Assembly: GCF_009834535.1 (NCBI RefSeq)
Contig: NC_045696.1
Location: 92,754,001 to 92,818,000 of the forward strand
Direction: 5' to 3'
From: Camelus ferus
Lineage: Eukaryota
Length of the DNA: 64,000 bases
In this document: in pieces, positions 23,720-37,200 of the stretch
Numbering within the stretch: position 1 is the first letter of the stretch
Layout: each line of letters starts with the position of its first letter
The notes under the pieces: generated by a model
Told to the model about the DNA's origin: nothing
Database searches by the model: none
What the model saw: the letters and a program-made list of their open reading frames with translations, nothing else
Translations under genes and position numbers: made by a program

Positions 23720-26100
23720 TGTTAGAAAAGAGTAACTGAATAGATCATACATTCTCATGCTTGAATTTTTTTTGTAGGCTAAAGGACATTTAGTGAAAAT
23801 TCTCTCACACCTCTGTCCCTCAGCCATCCAGTTCTTTCTCCAAAAGACCAATAGTACTGTTAGTTTCTTTTGTAATTTTTCAGAAAGATATATATATATC
23901 TATATATATATCTCTATATATCTCTATATACACAAGCAAATACATATGGATGCTTTAAAAAAAATCAAATGGTAATGCACTATTCATATGATTCTGCACA
24001 TTTTTCTTGTAACTGTATTTTGTATATCATTCCATATCAGCATATAGAGCTTCTTAATTCTTTTAACTTTATTTTTTAAAAGCAATTTTAGGTTCACAGC
24101 AAAATTGAGGGGAAGGTATAGAAACTTTCCCATATACTCCCTGCCCTGCACACTTGCACAGACTCCCCATTATCAACATCCTTCAGCAGAGCGGTACATC
24201 TGTTCCAGTTGATGATCCTACACTGACTCATCATAGTCATTTAAGTACATGGTTTACACCACTGTTAACTCTTCGTGTTGGGCATTCTCTGGGCTTGGAC
24301 AAATGTATAATGACCTGTCTCCACCATATGGTGTCATACACTTTGTTTTCATTGCCCTAAAAATCCTGTGCTCTGCCTATTCATCTCTTTCCTACTCTTC
24401 AACCTCAGGCAACATTGATCTTTTCATTGTCTCCATAGTTTTGCCTTTTCCAGAATGTCCTACAGTTGGAATCATGTTATGTAGCCTTTCCAGATAGGCT
24501 TTTTTCATTTAATAATGTGAAAAGTTTCCTCCAGGGCTTAATACTTTATTTCTTTTTAGTGCCAAATAATATTCCATTGCCTGGATGTACCACAGTTTAT
24601 TTATCCATTCACCTACTGCAGGACATCTTGGTTACTTCCAAGTTTTGGCAATTAATAAAGCTGCTACACATATTCATATGTAGGTTTTTGTGTGCACATA
24701 AGTTTTCAACCCCTTTGGGTAAATACCAAGGAGTCCAATTGCTGGATAGTTTAGTAAGAATATGTTTTGTTTTGTAAGAAACTGCCAGACAATTTTCCAA
24801 AGTGGCTGTACCATTTTAAATTCCCACCAGTGATGCAGGAGAATTCCTGTTGCTTCACATCCTAAGCAGCATTTGATGGTGTTAGCATTCTGGATTTTGG
24901 CTTTTCTAAGAGGTCTATTGTAGTATCTTGTTCTAATTTGCATTTCCTGATGATACATGATGGAGAGCATCTTTTCATAAAATGCTTTCTTGTTATCTGT
25001 TTATCTTCTTTGGGGTTGTGTCTGTTAAGATTTCTGGCTCAGGTATTAATCAGGTTTTTTTTTTAATTTTATTACTGAGTTTTAAATTTGAAGAATTCTG
25101 TGTATATGGTGGATAACAGTCCTTTATCAGATGTCATTTACAAATATTCTCTCCTAGTCTGTGGCTTGTCTTCTCATTCTGTTGATACTGTCTTTCACAG
25201 AGCAGAAGTTTTAAATTTTAATGAGGTTCAGCTTATCAATTCTTTGTTTCTCATCCCTTTGGTGTTGTATCTAAAATGTCATCACCGTGCCCAAGATCAT
25301 CTACATTTTCTCTTACATTATCTTACATTGTCTTCTAGGAATTTTACAGTTTTGTGATTCACATTTATGTTTGTGACTCATTTTGAGTTGATTTTTGTGA
25401 AAGGTGTAAGGTTGAGGTCTAGATTTTTTTGTTTTGTTTTTGCATGTAGATGTCCAGTTGTTCCAGCACAATTGGTTGAAAAGACCGTCTTTGTTCTGTG
25501 GTATTGCCTTTGCTCCTTTGTCAAAGATCAGTTGATGCTGTTTATGTGGGTCTATTTCTGGGCTGTCCACTCTGTGCCATTGATCTATTTATCTGTTCTT
25601 TCTTCAGTACCACACTGTCTTGATTACTGCAGCTTTATAGTAAGTCTTGAAGTTGGATTGTGTCAATCTTCAGCTTTGTTCTTTAATATTGTGGTGGCTA
25701 TTCTGGATACTTTTTTTTTTTAAATAGCTACATATTTTCTATTGTATGGATAAATTAAAATTTAACTGAATTAATGGGCATTTAGGCTGCTTCCGATCTT
25801 TTGAAAACAACAGTGCAGTAAATAACCCTATATTCACATAGTTTGCACATGTTCAAGTGTGTAAGATATTTTTTTGGAAGTGGGATCGCCAAGGCAAAGG
25901 TATTTACATTTGCAATTTTGATAAATATTGTCAAATTGGCCTCCACAGAATTTGTACAGTTCATACTCTTATCAGAAGTGTATTATGTGATGATTTCTCC
26001 ATACCCTCACTGACACAGTTTGTCATCAAACTTTCTGACTTTTGCTAATCTGATAGGTAAAAAAATTAGCATCTTGGTATAGATAAAACTTTCTCATATT
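23720..26100 (-). mobile_element. Old L1ME-like fragment split by the L1MC insertion
   Basis: The L1ME 3' sequence ...catatagagcttcttaattctttt (about 24040-24064) resumes as taaatagctacatattttctattgtatgga (about 25721) on the other side of the insert. Confidence 0.6.
24065..25710 (-). mobile_element. L1MC-like LINE-1 (ORF2 3' part plus 3' UTR), decayed
   Basis: Terminus agcaattttaggttcacagcaaaattgaggggaaggtatag. Minus-strand peptides DSPEIDPHK...LIFDKGAKAI and WWEFKMVQPLWKIVWQFL are L1 ORF2 C-terminal motifs. Confidence 0.85.
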
Positions 26101-26795
26101 CACTTACAGGTGATCTTTACAAATTTCTATTTTGAGCAGAGCCTCAGAGTAGAAGGTGTCACTTCATTTTTTTCTAGTAGAGATTAAAAAATCAATTTTG
26201 AAGAAGCAAGTGAACCACTGCATGATAGAGGATCGAAGTCAGTACACTTACTTTTCTTAAATAATAGGCTTTTAGTTCCTTTTCACACTTCTTCCAAGTC
26301 TCAACATTTCACTCATCCCCCCAGGTCTAGGAGAGCTGATGCCTTTGGTACCCAAAAGCATCTCCAGTCCTGGCAGGATGGTGTCAACCTTGGGCTTGGC
26401 GGTAGCGCTGCTTGGTTCCCACTCCCTGGAACTGAAGCTGTCTTGAATTCCTTATGGCTCTTGTGGCTGCATAGGTTCTCGTGTCCCAGCATTACTGAAG
26501 GAAAGAAGATATGTTGAGCATTCAGACTTCGGTGGGTTCTGATGCTGTTTGGACACTCTGGGATCCCTGCTCTTCCATGAATGTGGACAAGATTCTATTG
26601 GAGTAATGGAGGATGCTGAGGGTAGCAGTGAACCAGGTCCTGGCCACTAGAATATTCTGCCTCACTCCAGCTCCCATGATTTTAGCGTGAACATATTAGG
26701 TATTCAAAGGAAGGAAACTATGCAACAGAATGCAATAGAAGAAAATAGGTAGGCCAGGGGCAAATAACCAGGAGTTCATTACTGTATTTATAATC

Positions 26796-27340
26796 TTTTT
26801 TTTAAGTTTTTTTTTTATTGAGTTATAGTCATTTACAATGTTGTGTCAAATTCCAGTGTAGAGCACAATTTTTCAGTTATACATGAACATACGTATATTC
26901 ATTGTCACATTTTTTTTTTCCGCTGTGAGCCACCACAAGATCTTGTATATATTTCCCTGTGCTATACAGTATAATCTTGTTTATCTATTCTACATTTTGA
27001 AATCCCAGTCTGTCCCCTCCCACTCCCTGCCCCCTTGGCAACCACAAGTTTGTATTCTATGTCTATGAGTCTGTTTCTGTTTTGTACTCATTTATTATTA
27101 TTATTTTTTTAGATTCCACATATGAGCGATCTCATACAGTATTTTCCTTTCTCTTTCTGGCTTATGTCACTTAGAATGACATTCTCCAGGAGCATCCATG
27201 TTGCTGCAAATGGCGTTATGTTGTTGTTTTTATGGCTGAATAGTATTCCATTGTATAAATATACCACATCTTCTTTATCCAGTCATCTGTTGATGGACAT
27301 TTAGGCTGTCTCCATGTCTTGGCTATTGTAAATAGTGCTG
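26796..27340 (-). mobile_element. 5'-truncated, relatively young L1 (end of ORF2 plus 3' UTR)
   Basis: Poly(T) head, then agcatccatgttgctgcaaatggc and gatggacatttaggctgtctccatgtcttggctattgtaaatagtgctg. Imperfect TSD ctgtatttataatctt (from 26782) / ctgtatctatatctt (from 27341). Confidence 0.88.
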
Positions 27341-28179
27341 CTGTATCTATATCTTTTTTGCACTAGTTTAAGAAAAAAAAAAAAAACCTACCAAAACCCA
27401 CACTATAAATTTAATCTGAGGAATTTGTAATACTCCCTATTGGTTTGGTTTTATCTCCCTATTTTGTCTTATTAACGCTTTCTATGACACTTTCTTCAGA
27501 TGGCAATTTCAAATGGGCTGTTTATTAGTTAGCCTTAAAGAATCAAGAACTTATAAGATTGAAGAGAGTAAGTTAACGTGAAGTGTGTTGGGTACATTGA
27601 ACTTGGGTTACCTCCATCAGCTTCTGATTTTTCTCCCCAGAGCTTCTTGAAAATTAAGGATTCAGCACATGAAAAACAAAGCAGAGTTGCCACAATTTAA
27701 AATTTTTTGATGATCTTTTGAGCTTGAGAATTTTTGTGACCAAATTAGGAGGAGATGGGGCTTTAAGGGGCTTACTGCTTTAAGGACCTTTTGTATTTCC
27801 TTTTTATGATCTTTATTTTTTTCTGATATTCTTATATTTGCATTGATATAAGTTCTCTATTGAACAGTTAGAAGGTTAACATCCCTGCTGGCTTTAGAGA
27901 AACTAAACTTGATTTTTTACCTTTACCACCATTATCTTAGGCTAAAATCTTTGCAGAGTTACTGTCTTTATGATCACTACTATCCTTTTAAAAGAGAGAT
28001 CTATCTCAAGATTTACATTCTGAATAATTTATGTTTAGGCATTATTGGTGAAATGTTACTTTTGACAAATTCCTTATGTATACTTTGTTACATTACATTG
28101 TATTTAAACAATATGTGAATAATGTACATTAGTAAATTTTACCTTGATAACTGAGAGTGGTATTTTGGGCACCTACAGT

Positions 28180-28545
28180 GCCTTCCTCCTAAACTGCCCT
28201 GCTCACTCCCCTCCCTTCTCATTTTCCCTTATAAACGTACTTCTCTCTCTCGAGATCTGGTTCTATCTTCCCACCCTCCAGGAACTCTTCCCTGACAGCC
28301 TTGGTTTCCTCTCTTTGAACTCTTACAGTATGCTTCATTGGCCATCTAGCATACATTCTGCCATTTTTGGTGCAAGTTTTGTATAAACCTTTTGTTTCTA
28401 TCTGTGCACTGTTCTCTCATTGAGATCATTGGCTTCTTGATGACTGGGAAGGTGTTTAGGCATCTCTCCATCCCCTCAGTACTCACAGCGCCTGTAGTAG
28501 GGCCCAGAGCATCCTTGTGGGTTATTTATTCATAAATTGGGGGCA
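28180..28545 (+). mobile_element. L2 LINE 3' fragment
   Basis: ccctccaggaactcttccctgac...gcttcttgatgactgggaaggtg...catctctccatcccctcagtactcacagcgcctg. Confidence 0.55.
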
Positions 28546-29464
28546 GTTAGAGCCTTTTTCACCTCATGGGCTCCTGAACTCCTATTTTTGAGCACAAAAA
28601 GGGGAGGCACTTACCCTCTGTACCCTGCTGTGTGGTTGGGAAGGAGAGAAGTTGTTGACTGGAGGTTTAATTGCCCAGTTGAAGGGCAGATCTCTTGTTA
28701 GAGCTGCCGTTATTGATGGAAGGGGTAGGGAATGCAGGCAAAGATGGGAATATAACACATTCCCCGTGGTAAGCCCCCTCGTCTCACTGGTGTGTGGGGA
28801 TGTGGGCAGGAGAGAGGGTAAGATGAACTCAGGAAAACTAGTAGATCTACCCTTCTCTGGGGGTTGCCCTCTCTGCATCTGAATTTTTGGCAACCTTGTG
28901 TAGGTATCGAAATTGGGGTGGAGCTATTCTGAAATACATTTCTAATATTTAAAAAGCATGGGAATCATTGGTTTAGAGGCAATTAATATAAATCAAGGAT
29001 GTTAGACCTACACGTAAGTAGATGAAAACCAGAATTGTGAAAAAAAAAAGTCTGCTGGTAGTGTTTCTTCAGGAAGAGTCTTTGAACGTGATCCAAGGTG
29101 TTAATATTGGGCTGGATTTCAAGACTGACAGCCACCAAAAGTTGAAATCTAATTACCAAGCAGTCATTCCTTTGGGTGTTGGTTTTTTTTTTTTTTCCCA
29201 GTGTAGTTTTAATTTCCAGTTTGCACTTTGTGCCCACTTAAAAAATGATGGAATATATAAATGATGAAAATATGCCAACCCTGACATGAGCATAGGGAAT
29301 TGGAAAGGATTGTACATTGGAAAGTCCAGATCCCACTACTGGCTCTGCCACTCCTAGTAGTGTGTTCTCTCCCTCTCTCTTCCTCTCTCTCTCTCATTCT
29401 TTTTAGAGAAAAAGAAAGATTCACCTCTTATATTCATTATTAGGTAGCAAAATTACATAGACCT

Positions 29465-29700
29465 TAAAAGTGCAATCATTGGAGTTAGATTTTTATTTAG
29501 TTCAAATACCAGTGCTGATACTTGACAGCTGTGGACCTTAGGTAATTACTTAACCTCTCTGTACTTAAGTTTCTCTATCTGTAAAATGGGGGTAATTCTA
29601 CCTAGCTTTTAGGATTGTTGTAAAGAGGAAATAAAGTAATACTTGTAAAACATTTACCACAACACCTGGCACATAGGAGGTACTAAAATGTATCAGCAGT
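29465..29700 (+). mobile_element. MIR SINE, near full length
   Basis: agctgtggaccttaggtaattacttaacctctctgtacttaagtttctctatctgtaaaatggggg...acctggcacatagg is the canonical MIR core and tail. Confidence 0.85.
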
Positions 29701-30424
29701 TTTTACAAAGTAGCAGGCAGGGAGCTAGTACGCTTTGGGGCTAGATCAGGTCCTGATTTGGCTGTCAGACTGCAAGGTTCTGTGGCTTTCAATATGAATT
29801 CCCAGAATTGAATACTGTGTCTAGCAAAATAGGTCACCAGTACTCCTACTGAAACTATTTAAAAGTGTTGGGTACAATAGAACGATGATTTTCTTAAATG
29901 CAATGGACCTGTAAAAAAGTAATGAATATTCAGGCCAAATGCTAAGTGAAGAGGGGTCTACTGAACAGTGAAGCTGGCTTTTTGTCTTGAGGACAGTTGC
30001 CAAACCGGGTTAACTTGAACTTCTGTTTTCATGGCCTGAGGGCACAGGGACAACAAGAGATAAGGTAAGAAGTCTGAGAGGGACCCTTTATAAGCCTAGG
30101 TCTTCAGAATGCTTCTCCCTCATCACGAGGGTGTATTGGAATAAAAGCAGAAACAAAAATAAAGCAGTTACTTACCCTCTTTCCAACCCTATAAGACTGT
30201 AAAGAAAATCACCTATCAAAAATCTTGATTCTGAGCAGATCTTGATTATTTGGTCCTGAGAATTTGTGATCCTGAATCAGCTCTAATACAGGTGTAGCTG
30301 GAATCCCAGTAACGAGGTGGTCAGAAAAACTTAAAGATGAAAATTTGATTTAAAGAGTTCCCACATTATAACTGTCCCTGGTACTAAGCAAACACCAATG
30401 TCCCCCCTTCTTTTGGAGGAATCT

Positions 30425-30766
30425 TTGTTTTTCTTCTTTTGGTTGGAGTATAGTCAGTTTACAATGTGTCAGTTTCTGGTGTACAGCACAATACTTCAGT
30501 AATATAGGAACATATATATATTCATTTTCATATTTTTCACATAAATTACTACAAGATATTGAATATAGTTCCCTGTGCTATACAGTATAAACTTGTTGTT
30601 TATTAGATTTTGTGAGAATCCTCCTGTATTTCAAAATGAGAGACACTCTTCTAGAGTTCATTAGGTGTTCTGTGAATTCAGTGGGTTTGTAGATGTAATT
30701 CTTGGTGTATTTGTGGGAGAGGACGAGCTGTGAGTCTCTCTACTCTGCCATCTTGGCTCAACCCCC
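30425..30766 (-). mobile_element. Bipartite short L1 derivative: L1 5' UTR head (30604-30766) fused to L1 3' UTR tail and poly(A) (30425-30603)
   Basis: Minus strand starts GGGGGTTGAGCCAAGATGGCAGAGTAG (L1 5' end with YY1 box) and ends with the same tail as the L1s at 26796 and 60668-60830. TSD tttggaggaatct (30412-30424) / tctggacgaatct (30767-30779). Confidence 0.8.
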
Positions 30767-32824
30767 TCTGGACGAATCTATTTTTATCCCAGACTTCAAA
30801 GAACCCCCACCAATGAAATTAGAAGGAAAAGGAGCATCTCAGAGTATTTAAAAAAAAAAAATCACTAAACACAAGATGTGAGCTGAGAACAAGAAACTGT
30901 AAAGACTAACCAAGCTGATTTGAAAAAAGAGCCAAATAGAATTTTTTCAAGAAAATAATTTAACTCAGTGAATACATATAACAAGCAAACTAACCCAAAC
31001 TGAACAAGGAAATTTTCAGCTGAATGACAGTGCTGAAGGAAGTTTTCAGATGGCAATAGAGAGGCAAAACAATGAAAAACCCAAAAGAAAGGTTAATCAA
31101 TGTGGAAGATAGGTAATTCAGATTCAGTATGTTTAAATATAATTTAAGACAGAAGAGAGAAAATGGGAAGAGGCAACACTGAAAGAGATAATAACAGAAT
31201 TCTCAAGGACCAATAAAAAGCATCACTTTGCATATTCATGAAGTCATCTGAATTCTGTTCAGAATAAGGAAAAAAATCCACACAGAGACAAAAGATAATT
31301 AAATTGCCAAACACAGAAGATAAAGAGAAGATCTTAAGCAAGGTCAGAAAGAAGAGGCAGCTTATTTTCAAAGACATGACAAATTATCCTGACACAGCCA
31401 CAATAGAAGCCGGAAGACAGTAGAATATTAAATTTCATGCACTAATAGAAATTAACTATCAGCTTAGGATTCAGTTTTCATTAAATATATCTTTAAAAAA
31501 CAAAGACAAAATAAAGACTTTCAGACTCAAAAAACGAAACAAAAACAAAAACCTAGAGGGTTCTCCAGATCCTCATGAAAAGGATACACTTAAAGCAGAA
31601 GAAAATTATTCCCAGGTGGAGGGTCTCAAACAAGAAATGAAGACCAAAGAAAAGGAAAATTTGTAACTAAAGCACATGCACTGACTGTATAAAATAATAA
31701 ATGATGTCTTCAGTGGGAACTAGATAAAACAAGTGATGTAAGTTGAAGAAGCAAAAGGAGTCAATGTATCTAAAGTTGCTGTATAGTTTGGGAGGGAGTT
31801 AGACACACTGATGAGATTTAGACTTGAATAAGTAAAGTGTGTATGTTAAAACTTCTAAGGCAACCACTAAATTTAGTAAAAGAATGAGTAACTTTCCAGT
31901 TAACAGGAGAAAAGAGAATAAATCTCGAAGTTGAGAAAGTTGAGAAAGGAAATATTGAATAGGCAAGACACGGAGCAAACACAAAATAAGATGTATAAGT
32001 AAATTCAGATGTATCAGTAACTCTAATCTAAACAAAAGATTGTTAGACTAGATGAAAACTGAAAATTTAGCCATTTGCTGTTTATAAAAGACACGTATAC
32101 AGAAAGGTAAAGGTAAAGTAATAGAAAAAGGTAAACCAGTGATTAAAAGCTGAAAATATTGACATCAAAAACTAAAAGCTGGCAATATTGATAACACACA
32201 AACTAGACTTTAAATGTCAAAACATTTTTAGAGACAAAAGAGGGTCATACTGATTGAAGAGTTTGAACTCACAAGAAAAGAAAGAACTTGTATGCTTCTT
32301 ATAATGTGGTCTTAATATATATTAGGCAAAAACTGAGAACTACAATGAGAAACCAGTATATTCCCAGTGGTATTTTAAAATACTTCATCAGCACTTGGTA
32401 AAGTGAGGAAAAGATTGGTTACCACATAGATTTGAGAAATACAGTTAAGTTTGAGCTGTTAGACATATGAAGATCAGTGCATCTCGAAACCGTGGGATAC
32501 ATACTATTTTCGAACACACACAGAACATTTATAACCAGTGACCTCAAACTCTGTCATTAAGTCTTAACAGCGAATGATTGGTATCATATGGACCAGATCT
32601 GTGACCACCGTGCGATTAAGCTAGAAACTGGTAACAAAAGATGATTATGAATAATTACAGAAATATGTTTCAAAATGGCCTTTGGATCAAAGAAGAAATT
32701 GCAATGGAAAATCAGAACATACTTTTAACTGAATGATAACAAAAATACTATGAGTCAAAACGTGGAGTGGGGGTAAGCAGCTAAAGCATGTAGAAACGCT
32801 TCTAGTAGAAAAGAACGCTTAGCA

Positions 32825-32958
32825 GGGGAGGGTGTAGCTCAGTGGTAGACTGCATGCCTAGCATGCAAGAGGTCCTGGGTTCAGTCCCTAGTATTGCCAT
32901 TAAAAATAAATAAATAAACCTAATCATCTCCCCCCCACACACAAATAGATAAATAAAG
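32825..32958 (+). mobile_element. Vic-1-type camelid SINE inserted in the old L1M
   Basis: ggggagggtgtagctcagtggtagactgcatgcctagcatgcaagaggtcctgggttcagtccctagta. TSD-like aagaacgctta (32811-32821) / aagaaagctta (32962-32972). Confidence 0.9.
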
Positions 32959-33934
32959 GAGAAGAAAGCTTATATGAGAAAAGAAGAAAGCCTGAAAATA
33001 TAGCTAGATGTTGAAGTCAGAGAGTTAGAAAAAGATGGAAAATAGGCCCAGAGAAAATAGACGGAAGGAAATAATAGTAATAATTCCATGTTATTCAATG
33101 GAGAGGATCAGAAACGATAGTTTGGCTCCGTGTAAAAAAAAAAAAATTAGTAATGTTGATGAACACTTGGTAAGACTGGTTTAAAAAAGAGGAGAGAGGC
33201 ACAAATAAACAATATTAGGAATGGAATAGCAGATGTAGATGTTACAAAAATAATATTAGGAACTACCTTATGCTAAAATGTTTGAGAGCTTAGAGGGAAT
33301 GAATACATTTCCAGACAAGTATAACTTACCAAAATTAAATTATAAAAAATAGACTGAATAATTCTATAATTTTTAAAATAAGCCAGTAGTCAGATATTTC
33401 TCCATAAAGGAAGGTCTAGGTTTAGGTGGGTTTATGAGCAAGTTCTACCAAGTGCTCAAGGCAGAAACAATTTCAAACTTGCATAAATCCTTCCAGGGGA
33501 TAGAAATGCATTTTTTGACATTATGATAACCTCAGTCTAAAAATCCTGTCCAGAACAATATGAGAAATGGAAACTATAGACCAGCCTTACCTAGAAATAT
33601 ACATGTAAAAATCATCAAACCAAGCCAAATCCAGCAATATGTTAAAAAGATAATACATTGTGAACAAATGAGATTTATCTCGGGACTGCAGGGTTGATTT
33701 AACATTAGAAAATTCATATTAACAGATTAGTGGAGGTATATGTTATCAGTAGATACAGCGAAAGTGTCTTATAATGTTTAATATCAAATTATGCAAAAAG
33801 CTGTTCAAAAAATCAGAATAGAAGGGAGTTTTCTTAACATGATAAAGAATATTTACAGATAACCTACAGCAAACATTACAGTGGCAAAATATTAAAAGCA
33901 TTTCTTTCTTGTTAAGATTGAAATCCATTATTTT

Positions 33935-34205
33935 AGGCAATATTGCTTTTGACAGTTGATATTATACTCTGTCCTACTTTTTTCTGCATAGCATCATGTC
34001 ATGAGCATTTCCTATGCTCATTTACAAAGTTTTTGCGAATGCAGTGGTTAATATCTACCCTACATAAGAAATGATGCAGTGAATATTTTTTGTGTATTCA
34101 TTTCTGTCTGTATCTTTAATTATTTCCTTTTGATGTATTTCCAGCTGCTAAATCACTGAACCAAAAGGTATGAACTCTTTCAAGCACTAGACACATATTA
34201 CTATA
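33935..34205 (-). mobile_element. L1ME-like fragment
   Basis: atgatgcagtgaatatt...ttatttccttttgatgtatttccagctg...aaatcactgaaccaaaaggtatgaac. Confidence 0.5.
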
Positions 34206-37200
34206 TACATGAAACCAGCCCTTTCAAATGAAGCAACCATGTGTCTTTGGAGGGTGATTGTATCTCACTGCTCAACTTAGCTCAGAGCATTTTCAGCTCC
34301 TGATCGCTTTAAAGAAAAGAAAACAGACCAGGAACTTGGGGTTTAGTGGTGTCCCCTGTGAGCCTTAAAAAATGAACAAAGTCCCCTTTTATTTCTTTCC
34401 CTGTGTGTACATAGCTGGGAGGGGGCTAGCTCTGGAATTAGGCTGTTTGCAGAGCCTTTTAACAACCAGTTTGGCAGTGCTTGGAAACCTGTAGGGAGTG
34501 GGGGAGGGAAATTATGATGGGGGAAGGGAGGACAGTGACCTGGCCCGTCTGACCCAGGCCTCTGAACTGCTTTGGAACCTGTTAGTCTAGGCCTTGGCCA
34601 GAGGACAGGAGCCATGGTCCCTCTCAGCCCATCCCTGCACTGTGCAATTCTCTTGATTTGTTTGTCTCAAAGTTAGTGCAGAAGTGTGAGAAGAGCAGAT
34701 GTCCTTGAAATTGCAGCTTTTAACTGGACACTGTTTGAATTCTCAACCTTGAGGGAGACCTTGGTGCAGAAATTCCCAAATGTGTTGTGTCAGAGGTTGT
34801 GAGGTGCAGGACACAGTTTGGGGACCTTTTTCCTTGTGTCTTCCTGTTTCTAAGAACTTACTGTTTTACAAATATTACTGTCAGAGCCTATTAATTATGT
34901 CTTTTGTGTCTCAGGGAGGCTTAAAGAGAAGGAAATTGGCACTTCTCTGTATGAGTTAAAGGCTATACTAATGGGAATTAACTCTGTAGCTTCTCAAGGC
35001 TATTTTAATTTATAATTAAAGATGAATGGATTGGGATATTAGTGGGGGGCGGGGAGTTGCCCATAGTCCTTGTTAGTGGAATGTGGAATATCAAGGCTGC
35101 GAGCTCGGAGAGGGAGAGAGCATCTCACTCACCACCACCCCCTGTTTTGTTCGCAGATGAGGCCGCCCAAGCACAGGGGCGTGAAGAGACAGGAGGCAGT
35201 TGAGTTAGAGGGAGACCTGGGCTGCAGCTCAGGCACCTTGACCACTAGTCCTTTTCCCCTTGCCCCTTGATGCCTTACTGCATCCCATGAACTAGTCACT
35301 CCTGTTCCAACAACAGGGGGAGTTTATGCACTGCTTTAATCTCTGGCCATAGCCTTCTTCCCTGTTGTTAGCAATTTGGAAAACACATGAGCCCCTCAGA
35401 CAGTTTTCACAATGGCATCTGGCTCGAAAATTTGGTCCTGGTGTTTCTGAACTTAGTCCAAGTAGCTCACTCAAATTTTATTGCAAAGCAAGTCCCGCCG
35501 TTTGATACTCAAAGGACTGACATTTTGCTCAGATCCCCTCCAATGTGTTTACTCCAAAGGCTCCTGCCGAGGGAACAAGGTAAGTATTCTTTGAATAAGT
35601 GAGGTTTAGTCAACTCTTCTTCTCCTGTCTCTTCTCCTTCATTGGCCCACAGTGGGGATGGGTTGAGTAGTGGAGGTGGGAAGAATTAATCTTGGTTATC
35701 ATGAGTAATACAACCGTAGGCTCTTTCTGTAAGGAAGCAGAGTGTCAGGGAGGCTAGAAAGAGTGTAACCCTAGGACTGGGACAGTGGATTTGGAGCCAG
35801 AAGTCATGAATTTGCAATCTACTGTTTCCTATTGGCCTCTTTGAACTCATGCTTAATAATGCGTGACTTCCAGGGCTATTGTTAAGGTCTAGACAAGACA
35901 TGAGTGGGAATATTGTATAACCCATAAAATAGTTTACGAATAATGAATTATTTTTAAGAAAGAATCTAAACTAATGGGAGTGAGAGTGCTGGTTTTTATG
36001 GCAGAGGGGTGCCAGAGGAGAATGGGCTGTGGTGGGGAGTAGTCACAGAGGAAGAGGTGGAGACAGTCAGCATGTAGTAGACAAATCCCTGTACTTAAAG
36101 ATAAAAATGTAAGTACATATGTTCTCTGCCTCCTAAAGTTCTCTTTTAGGACTTTCTTTTTTTTCTTTAGCATAGTGTTAGAACTCTGATTTACATACAC
36201 GAACTTGAGTAGTTTGTCTTTTATTAAGCTATTCAGGTGGCTTGAACAGTTTTGTAGTGTTCCATGAAACTCACGCTAAAGCAGTGATAGGGATTTGCCT
36301 CACAAGTGAAAACAGCTTTGTTGCATGCTTTGGCTTTACTGCACAGCTGTCTCATCCCCTGCTTCATTCAGCCCTTCTAACTTCAGTCATTATCTCCACC
36401 TCTAGTATCTCTACATTTTGAAATCATTCGCTCTGATTCTGGAAGCCAGAGTGGACATGTCTCCCTCCAGTCTCTGACTGGAGGGAATCTAGGAAATAGG
36501 GCATATAATGGAGCAGTTACTGATGTTTACGGAGGGCCTGTGGTGTGTGCTCAGCTCAGGTCTGGCACTCAGAGGCAGCTTATTGCCTGCCCTGCAGCAG
36601 CAAACAGACACCAGGGGAGGTAAGACATGCTAGTAATGAACCAAAATAGGGAGCACGCAGCCTGGAGACCGTACGGTTCAGTTACTCACACCTTTGTGTC
36701 TGGCTCAGCCATTTAAACTCAGTTGCCTCTTCTTAAAAACACCTACCCTCAGAGTTTGGAATCCAAAGATAAGGTTTCAAGTCCCATTGCTACTTTTCCT
36801 CGAAGCATGAGTGAGTCACTTATTCTGACATCCTCTTCTCTCCTTCTTTCATCTGGTTAAAAGGAATGATCAAATGAGAGTCAGGGATGTGCTTGTGTTT
36901 TTTAAATTATATACAAATGCCCTTTATTATTTGATCTTCTGATTCCACTGTCTTCCTTGGATTGGTAATGAACAGAGAGGGCAAAATTATGACACATGAA
37001 GCCATAATTATGATCAAGTTAGTAAGGAAAAATTAGCATGAATAGAGTTCTCCTTAATTCCATGTAACCTAAAATAGTTCTAATATAAATCATGAATACA
37101 CTTTTGTAGGAAATAGTTACTATTGTTAGCACTGAAAATTATTTCCGATTCTTGAGAAAAGGCATTCTTATTAAAAACATGTCTTCAACACTGAATATGT

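Larger units (their letters stand above)
30000..33925 (+). mobile_element. Ancient L1M element (5' region, ORF1, endonuclease and start of RT), heavily decayed
   Basis: ORF1-like segment about 30900-31600, EN-like aagattgttagactagat...ccatttgctgtttataaaagacac near 32040-32095, RT-like aactatagaccagc...ccaaatccagcaatat...gggttgatttaacattagaaaat at 33571-33715. Left boundary uncertain. Confidence 0.75.
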
